Shown piece after piece: positions 9,158 to 18,496 of a DNA stretch of 64,000 nucleotides. Positions within the stretch are counted from its first letter, which is position 1. The number at the start of each line of letters is the position of its first letter. The stretch is taken from NCBI GenBank assembly GCA_036393515.1, contig DASWGV010000207.1, forward strand, positions 15,323 through 79,322, in the 5' to 3' direction. Under the pieces are notes generated by a model that worked only from the letters and a program-made list of their open reading frames with translations, did no database searches and was not told the DNA's origin. Position numbers and translations under genes: made by a program. This DNA is from Gemmatimonadales bacterium (lineage in GTDB: Bacteria; Gemmatimonadota; Gemmatimonadetes; Gemmatimonadales; GWC2-71-9).

Positions 9158-9763
9158 ATGACGTCAGCAGCCGAGCCGAGCGTCGCCGATCGCAGTGATG
9201 TCCGCACCATCGTAGGTGGGGGGGCCAAGTTGGGCGGCGTCGCGGTGGTGGGCGTGGTGCTGTTTGCCCTCCTGTCGCGCGTGATCAGCGGCTCCGTCGA
9301 GGTCATCGTGCAGTCAGTGCTGGTGCTGCTGGGCGGGGTGGTCTTTGCCTACGTCCCGGCCTTCTGGGTGCGTCCGCGCGGCGTGGACGGGATTGGGTGG
9401 ACGGCCATGCTTGGGCTGATGGGCGCCCTGTTCTTCACGGTGGTGGACACGGCGGTGCTGCGGCCGCTGAAACTCTACCACTGGACCTGGGACCAGATCG
9501 GCGGAGGGAGTGGATTCTGGTACATCCCGGTCTGGTGGATGGGCTCGGCGTTTCTCGCGTGGCTTGGAGGGTGGGTATGGGCCCGCGCCGGAGGTGCGAA
9601 CATCGCGCCGCGTGCCGGCCAGACGGCGGGCGTCGGCGTCGTGCTGTTCGCCATCATCGTGCTCACCGGCATCCTCCCGTTCCACGCCGGGACCGCGGCG
9701 CTTGCGGTCACGCTGGGTCTCATTGCCACGGTTCCGCTCACGGGTTCTGCGCGCGGCGCGTGA
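9158..9763 (+). CDS. Hypothetical polytopic membrane protein
   Basis: ATG start and codon bias consistent with neighbours. About 5-6 hydrophobic segments (GVAVVGVVLFALLS, VLVLLGGVVFAYVPAFW, MLGLMGALFFTVV, WWMGSAFLAWLGGWVW, VGVVLFAIIVLTGIL). No family recognised. Confidence 0.6.
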   Translation: MTSAAEPSVADRSDVRTIVGGGAKLGGVAVVGVVLFALLSRVISGSVEVIVQSVLVLLGGVVFAYVPAFWVRPRGVDGIGWTAMLGLMGALFFTVVDTAVLRPLKLYHWTWDQIGGGSGFWYIPVWWMGSAFLAWLGGWVWARAGGANIAPRAGQTAGVGVVLFAIIVLTGILPFHAGTAALAVTLGLIATVPLTGSARGA

Positions 9764-10038
9764 GCGGTGGAGGCCGATCAGGCCGCCGTTGGCTTCGGCT
9801 GGGTGGTTGGCTGCTCACGCCACTGGTGGCGTGGGCAGTCGCGTTTTTGGGTGGATGGTTGGGGGCGGTCGTCGGTGCCAGGCTGAGCACACCGGGCTAC
9901 GCGCTGGGCGCCATTGTGGTTGGCGCGCTGGCGGGCGCCACGCTGGGCGTGTTCGGCTGGTCGCGGGTCATGCTACGTACACCCGGCTCCAAGGAGTCCG
10001 AGCCGCCGCTCGGGGCCCATGACGACGCCGGCGGCTGA
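9760..10038 (+). CDS. Hypothetical small membrane protein (92 aa)
   Basis: GTG 9760 forms a GTGA overlap with the upstream stop. Two Gly/Ala-rich TM helices (WLLTPLVAWAVAFLGGWLGAVVGA, GAIVVGALAGATLGVFGW). It is the 3' part of track ORF 9397..10038. Confidence 0.5.
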   Translation: MSGGGRSGRRWLRLGGWLLTPLVAWAVAFLGGWLGAVVGARLSTPGYALGAIVVGALAGATLGVFGWSRVMLRTPGSKESEPPLGAHDDAGG

Positions 10039-10801
10039 GCGTCCTCGGCGGGAAACGTGGGATCGCTATTGGGGCGACAAGGCCGGGGCGGCGGAGGTCT
10101 ATCCCGCGGTCTCCGATCTCCTGGGCGAGATCACCCGGGTGGTCCCCGATCTCGGGGGGAAACGCGTGCTGGAAGTCGGCGCCGGTACGGGCCGCGAGGG
10201 ACACCAGCTCGCCGATCGCGGCGCCCGCGTCGTGGCGCTGGATTTCTCGCCCGAGGCCTTGCGTCTGTCCCGCCAGATCTCGCCCCGCGTCCGCCTGGTT
10301 CGAGGCGACGCGCTGGCCGCGCCGTTTGGTGACGACACGTTCGATCTGGTCTACCATCAGGGCCTGCTTGAGCATTTTCGCGACCCGGAGCCGCTGCTCC
10401 GCGAAAACCGGAGACTGCTGCGGTCCGAGGGGCTCTTGCTGGTGGACGTGCCGCAGGCCTTTCACGGGTACACCGTGGTGAAGAAGTGCCTGATTGCCGT
10501 GAACCGCTGGTTCGCCGGATGGGAAACGCAGTTCTCTCCGGGCGCTCTCCAGGGCTTGGTGGAGCGGACCGGGTTCCGTTGCATCCGGAGGTACGGGTAC
10601 GGCATGCATCCGGGGTTGACCTATCGGGTGGTCCGTGAAGGGTTGCGGTGGGTGGGGATCCGGTTGCCGTTGGAGCCGTCCCTGGGACCGTTCCAAGGCC
10701 TCTATCGGGGGTGGCACGGTTTGCTCCGCGGGATCGAGCGGTCGGCGATTGGGCCGTACGTGGCGTTGACGGTTGGCGTCATTGCGCGAAAGGTGGAATA
10801 G
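10019..10801 (+). CDS. Class I SAM-dependent methyltransferase
   Basis: Motif I VLEVGAGTGREG, then VVALDFSPEAL and DLVYHQGLLEHF. ATG 10019 chosen; the track start at 9914 overlaps the upstream gene. Confidence 0.8.
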   Translation: MTTPAAERPRRETWDRYWGDKAGAAEVYPAVSDLLGEITRVVPDLGGKRVLEVGAGTGREGHQLADRGARVVALDFSPEALRLSRQISPRVRLVRGDALAAPFGDDTFDLVYHQGLLEHFRDPEPLLRENRRLLRSEGLLLVDVPQAFHGYTVVKKCLIAVNRWFAGWETQFSPGALQGLVERTGFRCIRRYGYGMHPGLTYRVVREGLRWVGIRLPLEPSLGPFQGLYRGWHGLLRGIERSAIGPYVALTVGVIARKVE

Positions 10802-10803
10802 GG

Positions 10804-13113
10804 GTGCGAACGCGAGGCAAAGCGGTGGAACGGGCTCGACCGGTTCGGTGGCTTGCCGTGGCGGTTGGCCTGTTGCCTGGGGCGGTGATTCCGGCCTGGG
10901 GACAGTCGGACGGAGGCGGCGCGGTCGCGGCGGCCTCGATGACCCGGACCCCGCCGGTGATTGATGGACGCTTGACCGAGCCGGAGTGGCAAGCGGCGCC
11001 CGTCATTGGTCCGTTCACCCAGCACGAACCGCTTGAAGGCCGACCGTCCACCGAGCGTACGGAGGTTCGCGTCCTCTTCGACGGCGACGCCGTGTACATC
11101 GGGGCGTGGCTGTTCGACAACGAGCCGGCGGGGATCGTACGGGGCGAAACCCGACGCGACGCAGCGGTGGACAACACCGACGCGTTTCTGATTGTGCTGG
11201 ATACGTATCTCGATCGGCAGAACGCCTTTGTGTTTGGCACCACGCCGGCCGGGATCGAGTATGACGGGCAGGTGACCCGGGAAGGCGGCGGAGGCGGCGG
11301 GCAGTCGGTGCGGGCGCAGGGTGGGGCCGCGGCGGGCTTCAACCTCAACTGGGATGGCAGCTGGGAGGTCGCCACGTTCCAGGATGAGCGCGGCTGGTAT
11401 GCCGAGTTCCGCATTCCGTTCGGCACCTTGCGCTACGGCGGCGGCGGCGTGCAGCGGTGGGGGCTGAATCTCGCCCGGCACATCCGGCGGAAGAACGAGC
11501 AGGCCTACTGGTCGCCCGTGGGGCGCCAGTTCGATCTGTGGCGGATTTCCGGGGCGGGAACGCTTGAGGGGATGGTGGCGCCCACGCGGCGCCCCGTGGC
11601 GCTGACGCCGTTCGTGCTCAACTCCGCGGCGCGGGACTACACCGGCGCGGCGCCGCCCTGGCCCACGGCGTGTCAGGGCGGGCGCCTGTCGTGCCGGTAC
11701 ACCATGGGCAGCCTCCGCGGCGAGTTCGCGTCCGGGGCGGACGCCAAGATCGGCGTCACCCCGAGCCTCACGCTCGATCTCACCTACAACACGGATTTCG
11801 CCCAGGTCGAGGTGGACGAGCAGCAGGTAAATCTCACGCGGTTCAACCTCTTCTTCCCGGAGAAGCGCCCCTTTTTCCTGGAGAACGCGGGCCTCTTTTC
11901 CGTCGGCACATCCACGCAGGGAGGCGGCCAGTCCGTCGAGATGTTCTTTAGTCGGCGGATCGGCATCGGATCGGACGGGTCGCTGGTGCCGATCGTGGGC
12001 GGCGGCCGGCTCACCGGCAAGATCGGTGGCGTGAACGTCGGCGTGCTGGACATCCAGACGGACGCGGTGGGCGCGATGCCCGCCCACAACTACGCCGTGG
12101 CGCGCCTGGTGCGCGAACTGCCCAACCGCTCCCGCGTCGGGGCGATGGTGATCAATCGGACGGCGACCGCGCTGGATGGCGATTACAACCGGACCTATGT
12201 CGCGGACGGGCGCTGGGGAATCGGCCAGGCGCTGAACCTGGACGCGTTTGCCGCGCTGACCGAAACGCCGGGGTTTTCCGGCCGGGAGCACGCACTCAGC
12301 GTCAACGGCAGCTTCACCACCCGCGATTGGCGTTGGAACACCAACGTCACGCAGGTGGGCGACAACTTCAACCCAGAGGCGGGATTCCTGGAGCGGTCCG
12401 GGTACCGCTTGTATTCCGCCATGCTCATGCGGCTCATTCGGCCGCCGGGTGTTCCCTGGCTGCGTGAGCTACGCCCGCACGCCTCCTACCGAGGCTGGTT
12501 TGATTTCGACGGCTTCAACGAAACCCGAAACATCCACCTTGACAGCCACGTGCAGTTTGCTAATGGGGCCTTCATCAGTCCGGCCATGAATTTCACGCGG
12601 GAAGGGCTCAAGGTCCCATTTCCCATTGCGCCCGGCGTCACCGTAGTCCCCGGCACCTACGACAATCTCGAGGCGGCATGGCGGTTCAATACCAACGAGG
12701 GGGCCCCGCTGTCCTTGAACGGGGGGGTCGACTGGGGTGGGTTTCTCTCGGGGAGCCGTCGCGGCGGGTTCGGGACCCTCACGTACCGGACGGGTGCCAC
12801 GCTGGCGACGTCCGTGCGGTTCAGCTACAGCGATGTGGAGCTGGCCGAAGGGGACTTTAAGGTGACGCTGCTAGCCTTCCGGGCCGCCTACTCGTTCGGT
12901 CCCCGGCTCTACCTGCAATCCCTGGTGCAATACAACAAGCAGGCGGCCACCTGGTCGGGAAACGTGCGGCTCGGCTGGCTCGGCACGGCGGGCACCGGTT
13001 TGTTCGTGGTGTACAATGACGTCCAGCAAGCTCCCGGGCTTGGCGGGCCGCTCACCCCGGTGGGTCGCGCGCTGATCGTGAAGTTCACCCGCCAGTTTCA
13101 GTTGATCAGTTGA
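10804..13113 (+). CDS. Exported DUF5916 / carbohydrate-binding-family-9-like protein
   Basis: GTG 10804 is followed by a signal-like segment (RWLAVAVGLLPGAVIPAWGQ). N-terminal block IDGRLTEPEWQAAPVIGPFTQHEP...TEVRVLFDGDAVYIGAWLFD...DAFLIVLDTYLDRQNAFVFGT is typical of this family as I recall it. Beta-rich C-terminus ending in F-x-L-I-S. Confidence 0.7.
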   Translation: MRTRGKAVERARPVRWLAVAVGLLPGAVIPAWGQSDGGGAVAAASMTRTPPVIDGRLTEPEWQAAPVIGPFTQHEPLEGRPSTERTEVRVLFDGDAVYIGAWLFDNEPAGIVRGETRRDAAVDNTDAFLIVLDTYLDRQNAFVFGTTPAGIEYDGQVTREGGGGGGQSVRAQGGAAAGFNLNWDGSWEVATFQDERGWYAEFRIPFGTLRYGGGGVQRWGLNLARHIRRKNEQAYWSPVGRQFDLWRISGAGTLEGMVAPTRRPVALTPFVLNSAARDYTGAAPPWPTACQGGRLSCRYTMGSLRGEFASGADAKIGVTPSLTLDLTYNTDFAQVEVDEQQVNLTRFNLFFPEKRPFFLENAGLFSVGTSTQGGGQSVEMFFSRRIGIGSDGSLVPIVGGGRLTGKIGGVNVGVLDIQTDAVGAMPAHNYAVARLVRELPNRSRVGAMVINRTATALDGDYNRTYVADGRWGIGQALNLDAFAALTETPGFSGREHALSVNGSFTTRDWRWNTNVTQVGDNFNPEAGFLERSGYRLYSAMLMRLIRPPGVPWLRELRPHASYRGWFDFDGFNETRNIHLDSHVQFANGAFISPAMNFTREGLKVPFPIAPGVTVVPGTYDNLEAAWRFNTNEGAPLSLNGGVDWGGFLSGSRRGGFGTLTYRTGATLATSVRFSYSDVELAEGDFKVTLLAFRAAYSFGPRLYLQSLVQYNKQAATWSGNVRLGWLGTAGTGLFVVYNDVQQAPGLGGPLTPVGRALIVKFTRQFQLIS

Positions 13114-13134
13114 GGTAGCCCTCCCGGCGCACCG

Positions 13135-14484
13135 ATGCCATCCGAGACGCAAGACCCGCAGCGCGGCCAGCTGGCACGGCTGCTGGGCACGTGGGATCTG
13201 ACCCAGATCGTCGTCGGTACAGTGATCGGGTCGGGCATCTTCATTGTCCCGGCCACCGTGCTGGCCCAGTCGGGCGAGCGGGTGGGGCCGGCGCTCGTGG
13301 TGTGGCTCGTGGGCGGCCTGCTCTCGCTGCTCGGGGCGCTGACCTACGGTGAGCTCGGGGCCATGAACCCCAGAGCCGGCGGGGTCTATGTGTACGTGCG
13401 GGACGCGTTCGGATCCGTCCCGGCGTTCTTGTACGGCTGGACCATGTTCTTCGCCATCTCGAGCGGGTCGCTCGCGACGCTTGCGGTAGCGGCCAGCGGG
13501 TACCTCCAGCAGCTCGTGGCACTGAGCCCGGCCATGCAGAAGGTGGTCTCCCTCCTGATGATCGCGATCATCGCGGGGCTGAACGTGCGCGGGACCCGGG
13601 GGAGTGCCACGGTCCAGAACTGGTCCACCATGGTGAAGGTGGGCGCCATCCTGGTCATGAGCGTGGTCTTGATCGGGGGCGGTGATGGATTGGCGGGTGT
13701 CGGTGCGCAGCTCTGGCCGGCGACCTTCTCATTGAAGCAGTTGTCCGCGGCAGGCTTGGCCATGATCGGCGTGCTGTGGGCCTATGAGGGCTGGCAGTAC
13801 GTGACGTTCTCCGCGGGTGAAGCGTTGGAGCCCCAGCGCACCTTCCCACGCGCCATCGTAACCGGTACGGTGGCGCTGATCCTTCTCTACATGCTGGCCG
13901 TGGTGGCCTATGTCGCCGCGTTGGGGCCCGGGGGCGCGGCCGCGAGCCAGCGGGTGGCAGCGGATGCCGTGGCGCAGGTCGTGGGCCCCGGCGCGGCCAA
14001 ACTCATCGCGGCGGCCATCATCATTTCGATGTTCAGCGCGGCCAACGGGATCACCCTGACGGCGCCGCGGGTGTTTTTCGCCATGGCCCGCGACGGCCTC
14101 TTCTTCCGGCGCCTGGCCGAGATCCACCCGCGCTTCGGGACGCCCGCGACAGCGGTCTCCTGGAGCTGTGCCTGGGCCGCCGTGCTCGTGCTGTCGGGGA
14201 CGTTCGAGCAGCTGCTCACCTACGTGGTCTTTGCCGGATGGGTGTTCTGGGGACTGGGCGGCGTGAGCGTGTTTGTGTACCGCCGGAAGCAGCCCGACTT
14301 GCCCCGGCCGTTCAAGGTGCCCGGCTATCCGCTGACACCGGCGCTCTTCGTTCTGTCGGCGCTCGCGATTGTGGTCAATACCATCTTCCAGCAGCCTGTC
14401 CAAGGCCTGCTGGGACTCGGCGTGGTGCTCTCGGGCCTGCCGGCGTACCTGGTGTGGCGGAAAGGTGGGAACACCAGGGCGTGA
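13135..14484 (+). CDS. APC-family amino acid permease
   Basis: About 12 TM segments, with the GSGIFIVP signature near TM1. Confidence 0.88.
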   Translation: MPSETQDPQRGQLARLLGTWDLTQIVVGTVIGSGIFIVPATVLAQSGERVGPALVVWLVGGLLSLLGALTYGELGAMNPRAGGVYVYVRDAFGSVPAFLYGWTMFFAISSGSLATLAVAASGYLQQLVALSPAMQKVVSLLMIAIIAGLNVRGTRGSATVQNWSTMVKVGAILVMSVVLIGGGDGLAGVGAQLWPATFSLKQLSAAGLAMIGVLWAYEGWQYVTFSAGEALEPQRTFPRAIVTGTVALILLYMLAVVAYVAALGPGGAAASQRVAADAVAQVVGPGAAKLIAAAIIISMFSAANGITLTAPRVFFAMARDGLFFRRLAEIHPRFGTPATAVSWSCAWAAVLVLSGTFEQLLTYVVFAGWVFWGLGGVSVFVYRRKQPDLPRPFKVPGYPLTPALFVLSALAIVVNTIFQQPVQGLLGLGVVLSGLPAYLVWRKGGNTRA

Positions 14485-14505
14485 GGGGTCAGGGTCCCCT
14501 CACGC
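14479..14505. terminator. 10-bp GC-rich hairpin spanning both convergent stop codons (possible bidirectional terminator, no U-tract)
   Basis: GCGTGAGGGG (14479-14488) pairs perfectly with CCCCTCACGC (14496-14505); 7-nt loop. It contains the permease TGA (14482-14484) and the minus-strand TGA (14500-14502). Confidence 0.35.
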
Positions 14506-15699
14506 ACCGGTGCTTCCGCCCGCGAGTTCCTCCGCCGCGACCCGAGCCGCCTCCGCAAGCACCGCCGCACCGACGAAGATCGTTTCGTCCGCCGCGTAGA
14601 ACTTGGGAGAGTGTGCCGGGATGACGGCCCCGTGCGGCTCCCGGGCGCCGATCCTCAGGAAACAGCCGGGCACTCTCTCCAGATAGGACGCGAAGTCTTC
14701 CCCGGCAAGGTTGACGAAGCCGAGTGGGACGAGCGCATCGACCCCGAGCAGCGTGGTGATGGCCCGACGGGCCCACGCGGCCGGCTCTTCCGGGTTGACC
14801 ACTGGTGGTGGACCGATCTCGATGGACACCCGCGCCTCCAGTCCGTGGGCGGCCGCCACACCGGTGGCGATCCGCCCCAGTTCGTCATGGAGCAGGATTC
14901 GCGTAGCTGCGTCTGTGGCGCGCAGGGTTCCCCCCAGCGTCGCGGTGCCGGGAATCACGTTGCTGGCCGTCCCGGCATGCACGGTGCAGATGCTGACGAC
15001 CGCGGGCGTCGCGGGGTTGAGCCGTCGCGACACGATGGTTTGGAGCGCCGTGATCAGCGCTCCGGCCGCGACGATGGGGTCCCGCGCCTCATGCGGTCGC
15101 GCGCCGTGCGCCCCACTGCCGATCACCTCTATCTCGAAGGTGTCGGCGGATGCGGCCAGCGGTCCCGCCTGTGCCACTACTTGACCCACCGGGAAGCGGC
15201 GGTCCACGTGACCACCGAAAATGGCGCGCACATCCGCCAGCGCGCCGCCCTCGATCATGGCGTTGGCGCCTCGGCCGGTCTCTTCCGCCGGCTGCAAGAT
15301 GATTACCACATCGCCGCGGGCGGGTCGCGACGCCAGCAGGTGTGCCGCCCCGACGGCCCACGTCGCGTGAACGTCGTGCCCACACGCGTGCATGACCCCG
15401 GCCCGCTCCGAGGCCCATGCCAAGCCGGTGTCTTCCTGGATGGGGAGGGCGTCAATGTCGCCGCGAATCGCCACCGCGGGCGCCGTCCGATCCCGTCCTT
15501 TGATCCGCGCCACCACGCCCGTCTGGGCCACCCGGGCGAGATTCGCGGGGTTCAACATCGCCAGCTCGCCCTCCAGGCGCTCGGCCGTTCGGTGTTCCTC
15601 AAAGGAGAGCTCCGGGTGCCGGTGCAGATCGTGGCGCAACGCGAGCAGGCGCTCCCGCGCCTCCGGCGTGAACAGCGGGGCAAGCGACGGCAGGGTCAC
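14500..15699 (-). CDS. M20D-family amidohydrolase (N-acyl-L-amino-acid amidohydrolase / hippurate-hydrolase type)
   Basis: HRHPELSFEE, MHACGHDVH and LQPAEETGRGA motifs. GTG start overlaps the upstream stop (GTGA at 15696-15699). Confidence 0.88.
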   Translation of the reverse strand: MTLPSLAPLFTPEARERLLALRHDLHRHPELSFEEHRTAERLEGELAMLNPANLARVAQTGVVARIKGRDRTAPAVAIRGDIDALPIQEDTGLAWASERAGVMHACGHDVHATWAVGAAHLLASRPARGDVVIILQPAEETGRGANAMIEGGALADVRAIFGGHVDRRFPVGQVVAQAGPLAASADTFEIEVIGSGAHGARPHEARDPIVAAGALITALQTIVSRRLNPATPAVVSICTVHAGTASNVIPGTATLGGTLRATDAATRILLHDELGRIATGVAAAHGLEARVSIEIGPPPVVNPEEPAAWARRAITTLLGVDALVPLGFVNLAGEDFASYLERVPGCFLRIGAREPHGAVIPAHSPKFYAADETIFVGAAVLAEAARVAAEELAGGSTGA

Positions 15700-16826
15700 T
15701 CAAGCACCTGTTTTCTCACGGTGAGCGTCTCCACCCTCCCAACATCCACCTCCACTCCGATCCCGGGCCGCTCCATCGGAACGCGCATCATGCCGCCGTG
15801 GTCCATGGTCCATTCGGGCAGGACGATGTCACGGTCCCAGTAGCGGGCACTGGGGCTGAGGTCGCCCGGAATGGTAAAGTTGGGCAGCGTTGCCAGCGCC
15901 ACGTTGTACGCCCGTCCCACTCCACTCTCCAGCATGCCGCCGCACCAGACGGGGATGCGATGCGCGGCGCACACGTCGTGGATGGCCCGGGACTCGGCCA
16001 ACCCGCCCACCCGGCCAGGTTTGATGTTGACGATGCGGCCACTTCGGAGCGTGATCATGTCCCGGGCCCGTTCCACGCTGGTGATGGATTCGTCGAGGCA
16101 GATCGGGGTCTTCAGTTTCTTCTGGAGCTCCGCGTGCCGGACCAGGTCGTCCCAGGCAAGCGGCTGCTCGATCATGAGAAGCCCGAACGCGTCGAGCCGC
16201 GCCAAGAGGTCCGCCTGGTCCAGCGTGTAGGCGTTGTTTGCGTCCGCCATGAGTGGCGCGTCCGGGCCCAACGCGTCCCGTACCGCGCCGACGAACTCCA
16301 CGTCGGCGCCGGGTTTGATCTTGAGTTTGATCTTGTGGTATCCCTGCGCCAGCGCCGCTTTTGCCTTGGTGACCAGCGTGGCAGGGCTTGCTTGAATCCC
16401 CAGGGAAATGCCTATGGGAATGCGGTCCCGCGTCCCACCGAGCACCCGGGCCAGGCTGGTGCCGGCCCGGGTGGCCGCCAGACCCCAGGCGCCCATCTCC
16501 ACGGCGGCCTTGGCCATTCGGTGCCCGCGGAAGTCTTGTTCCAGCAGCGGAAGCACGGCAGCGGGCGCATGCAGCGGGTGCCCCAGGATCCGCGGGGCAA
16601 TCCACTCCTTCAGCGCCAGCCAGGCCGTGTCCACCGTCTCCGGCGAGTAGTGGGGGAGTTCGCCGGCAACGCATTCGGACCAGACGGTAGCCCCACCTGC
16701 CTCTGTCAACTCGAGCAGGAGGATGCGCCGATGGCTCACCGAGCCGGAGGAAATCTGAAACGGCTCCCGCAGTTGAAGCTGGATCTCCCGCATGACGATC
16801 CGGGTGATGCGGATGGGCTGGTTCAC
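15696..16826 (-). CDS. Enolase-superfamily N-acylamino-acid racemase / o-succinylbenzoate-synthase-family enzyme
   Basis: Full MLE-subgroup catalytic set: KIKLKIK (KxK), MADANNAY (Asp), MIEQP (Glu), ICLDES (Asp), VNIKPGRVGG (Lys). Start set at GTG 16826 (GTGA overlap with the upstream stop); ATG 16793 is an alternative. Confidence 0.88.
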   Translation of the reverse strand: MNQPIRITRIVMREIQLQLREPFQISSGSVSHRRILLLELTEAGGATVWSECVAGELPHYSPETVDTAWLALKEWIAPRILGHPLHAPAAVLPLLEQDFRGHRMAKAAVEMGAWGLAATRAGTSLARVLGGTRDRIPIGISLGIQASPATLVTKAKAALAQGYHKIKLKIKPGADVEFVGAVRDALGPDAPLMADANNAYTLDQADLLARLDAFGLLMIEQPLAWDDLVRHAELQKKLKTPICLDESITSVERARDMITLRSGRIVNIKPGRVGGLAESRAIHDVCAAHRIPVWCGGMLESGVGRAYNVALATLPNFTIPGDLSPSARYWDRDIVLPEWTMDHGGMMRVPMERPGIGVEVDVGRVETLTVRKQVLE

Positions 16827-17668
16827 CGTCCGGCTCCAGGGGGGTGCTCCAGGAGATAGGTGCAACAGTGGTCGGTAGGATCGCGGCGGAACCCGGTCAC
16901 CGTGTATCCCTTCTCCAGGTAGAAGAGGAATGCGCGTCGCGTCACGGCCCGCCACCGGCCTGCCACGGCGGGAGAACGCTCCCGGACTTGTTGAATGTCC
17001 TCCGGCACTTCGACCCGCACGCTCGGCACCAGCGGCAGGTCCCTTTCGGTTGGCTCCGGCCCCGCGTTCCCCCGAAGCGAGGTGACCATTTGAGCGTCAG
17101 CGAACGCGGGCGGGACGGGCGGCCGCCGGCCGGTCACGATCAGCCCGACCGCCGGGTCGGCAATGCGCCACAGAACGATGAACCGGTCCGTGCCCAGTGC
17201 GCTGTGGAGGGCGCTGCCGGTGTCGGGCCCGTACATGTCCGGCACGTACCGCTCGATCGCGACGCCGAGGTCGTTCAAGTTCAGATGGGCGTTCTGCGCC
17301 ACCAGTGGATCGTAGGTCCAGCGAACCTCCTCCACGCCCAGCCGCAGCAGCTCATCCCTTTGGTAGAGTTTCAGGCGCTTGCCCAGGCCCAGGCCGCGGG
17401 CCTCGGGACGGACGGCGAGCATGTGCGACCAGTGCACCCTGGCTCCGGCGTGAAGTCCGGAGAGGCCGAAGATGAAACCCAGTAATCGGCCGGCGGGGTT
17501 GAACGCTCCGGCCGCGACGCCCCCCACCTTCTGGCAGATCATCAGAATGGTGGCCGGCACGAGCTCGGTAAATCCCTCGCCCCAGGTCTCCCGCTGAATG
17601 GCCACACCCTGGGCGAGTTCGTCCGCCGTGGTGAGCGGGCGGATCGCGGTGGGCGGGTCAAGGCGCAT
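16823..17668 (-). CDS. GNAT-like acyltransferase (copy 1 of 2 paralogs in the window)
   Basis: Acyl-CoA-binding-type motif LAVRPEARGLGLGKRLK. Shares long blocks with the 21608-22396 product. First gene of a three-gene overlapping operon. Confidence 0.75.
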   Translation of the reverse strand: MRLDPPTAIRPLTTADELAQGVAIQRETWGEGFTELVPATILMICQKVGGVAAGAFNPAGRLLGFIFGLSGLHAGARVHWSHMLAVRPEARGLGLGKRLKLYQRDELLRLGVEEVRWTYDPLVAQNAHLNLNDLGVAIERYVPDMYGPDTGSALHSALGTDRFIVLWRIADPAVGLIVTGRRPPVPPAFADAQMVTSLRGNAGPEPTERDLPLVPSVRVEVPEDIQQVRERSPAVAGRWRAVTRRAFLFYLEKGYTVTGFRRDPTDHCCTYLLEHPPGAGR

Positions 17669-17708
17669 AGGGCGGGGGGCCGCTGGCGGTGGGCAACCGG
17701 AAGGGCCT

Positions 17709-17737
17709 AGATTAACGGTGCACCCGGAACCCTACAA
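17709..17737 (-). promoter_or_regulatory. Weak sigma70-like promoter candidate for the GNAT operon (TTGTAG-N17-TAATCT on the minus strand)
   Basis: Reverse complement of 17732-17737 is TTGTAG, and of 17709-17714 is TAATCT, with a 17-nt spacer. An inverted repeat ACGGTG (17715-17720) / CACCGT (17745-17750) brackets it. Confidence 0.25.
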
Positions 17738-17748
17738 GACGCGTCACC

Positions 17749-18471
17749 GTGCCCAGATCGCGCCTGCCACGGTCTTCCCCCGCCGAACGTGTCGGCCGCA
17801 CGACCCAGGTCTACCGCAAGCTCCGGGAGCTCATCGTTCATGGGCGGCTGGCCCCCGGGGCCCGGATTACCGAGATCGAGGCAGCGGAACGGCTCGGCGT
17901 GAGCCGGACGCCCCTGCGATCGGCCCTCCAGCGCTTGCAGCAGGAGGGGTACATCATTGCTCCGGTCAATGGTCGTCGCGCCCGCATGTTCGTGGCGCCG
18001 CTCACCCGCGAAGACTCCACCGAGCTGATGCACATCATCGGGGAGATCGAGGGTCTTGCGGCCCGCAACGCGGCCGGGTTGAACCCGCGGCTCCGGAGCG
18101 ACCTGGTGGACCAGATGACCGTCCTGAACGGGAAGCTCGCCCGGGCGGCAGAGGCACCCCGGCCCCAGGCCGGGACCATTTTTGAGGTAGATCTGGCCTT
18201 CCACGCGGCGTTCGTCGTGGCCGGGGCGGGGCCGCGCCTCCTGGGGCTCCACCAGGCGACCAAGCCGCAGGCCGAGCGGTACGGGCGGGTGTATGCGGCG
18301 GCTCTCACCGGCGCGACACAAGTCTCGGTAAACGAGCACGCCGAGATTGTCCGGGCCATCGCTCAGGGGGACGGCGACGCCGCGCAGCGGGCCGTGCTGG
18401 GCAACTGGCGGAACGCGGCTGCCCGGCTGAGCCAGGTGATCGAGGCCGCCGGGGAGCGGGGTGGCTGGTAG
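17749..18471 (+). CDS. GntR-family (FadR/FCD-type) transcriptional regulator
   Basis: Winged-HTH region (VYRKLRELIVHGRLAPGARITEIEAAERLGVSRTPLRSALQRLQQEGYI) followed by a helical C-terminal domain. Divergent from the GNAT operon (80-bp gap). GTG start uncertain. Confidence 0.88.
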   Translation: MPRSRLPRSSPAERVGRTTQVYRKLRELIVHGRLAPGARITEIEAAERLGVSRTPLRSALQRLQQEGYIIAPVNGRRARMFVAPLTREDSTELMHIIGEIEGLAARNAAGLNPRLRSDLVDQMTVLNGKLARAAEAPRPQAGTIFEVDLAFHAAFVVAGAGPRLLGLHQATKPQAERYGRVYAAALTGATQVSVNEHAEIVRAIAQGDGDAAQRAVLGNWRNAAARLSQVIEAAGERGGW

Positions 18472-18496
18472 ACTTCAAGCAGTTTCTCACGGATAG

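Noticed and set aside
9397-9759. 5' two-thirds of the 213-aa ORF 9397..10038, and the parallel ORF 9510..10022
   Set aside because: They overlap the better-supported membrane-protein gene 9158..9763. Only the part after GTG 9760 has membrane-helix character and a coupling overlap.
15696-16826. Reading the enolase-superfamily gene as MenC (o-succinylbenzoate synthase)
   Set aside because: The window encodes the futalosine route (mqnE/A/C), and the gene is flanked by an acyltransferase-like gene and an amidohydrolase rather than men genes. This cannot be fully excluded without the whole genome.
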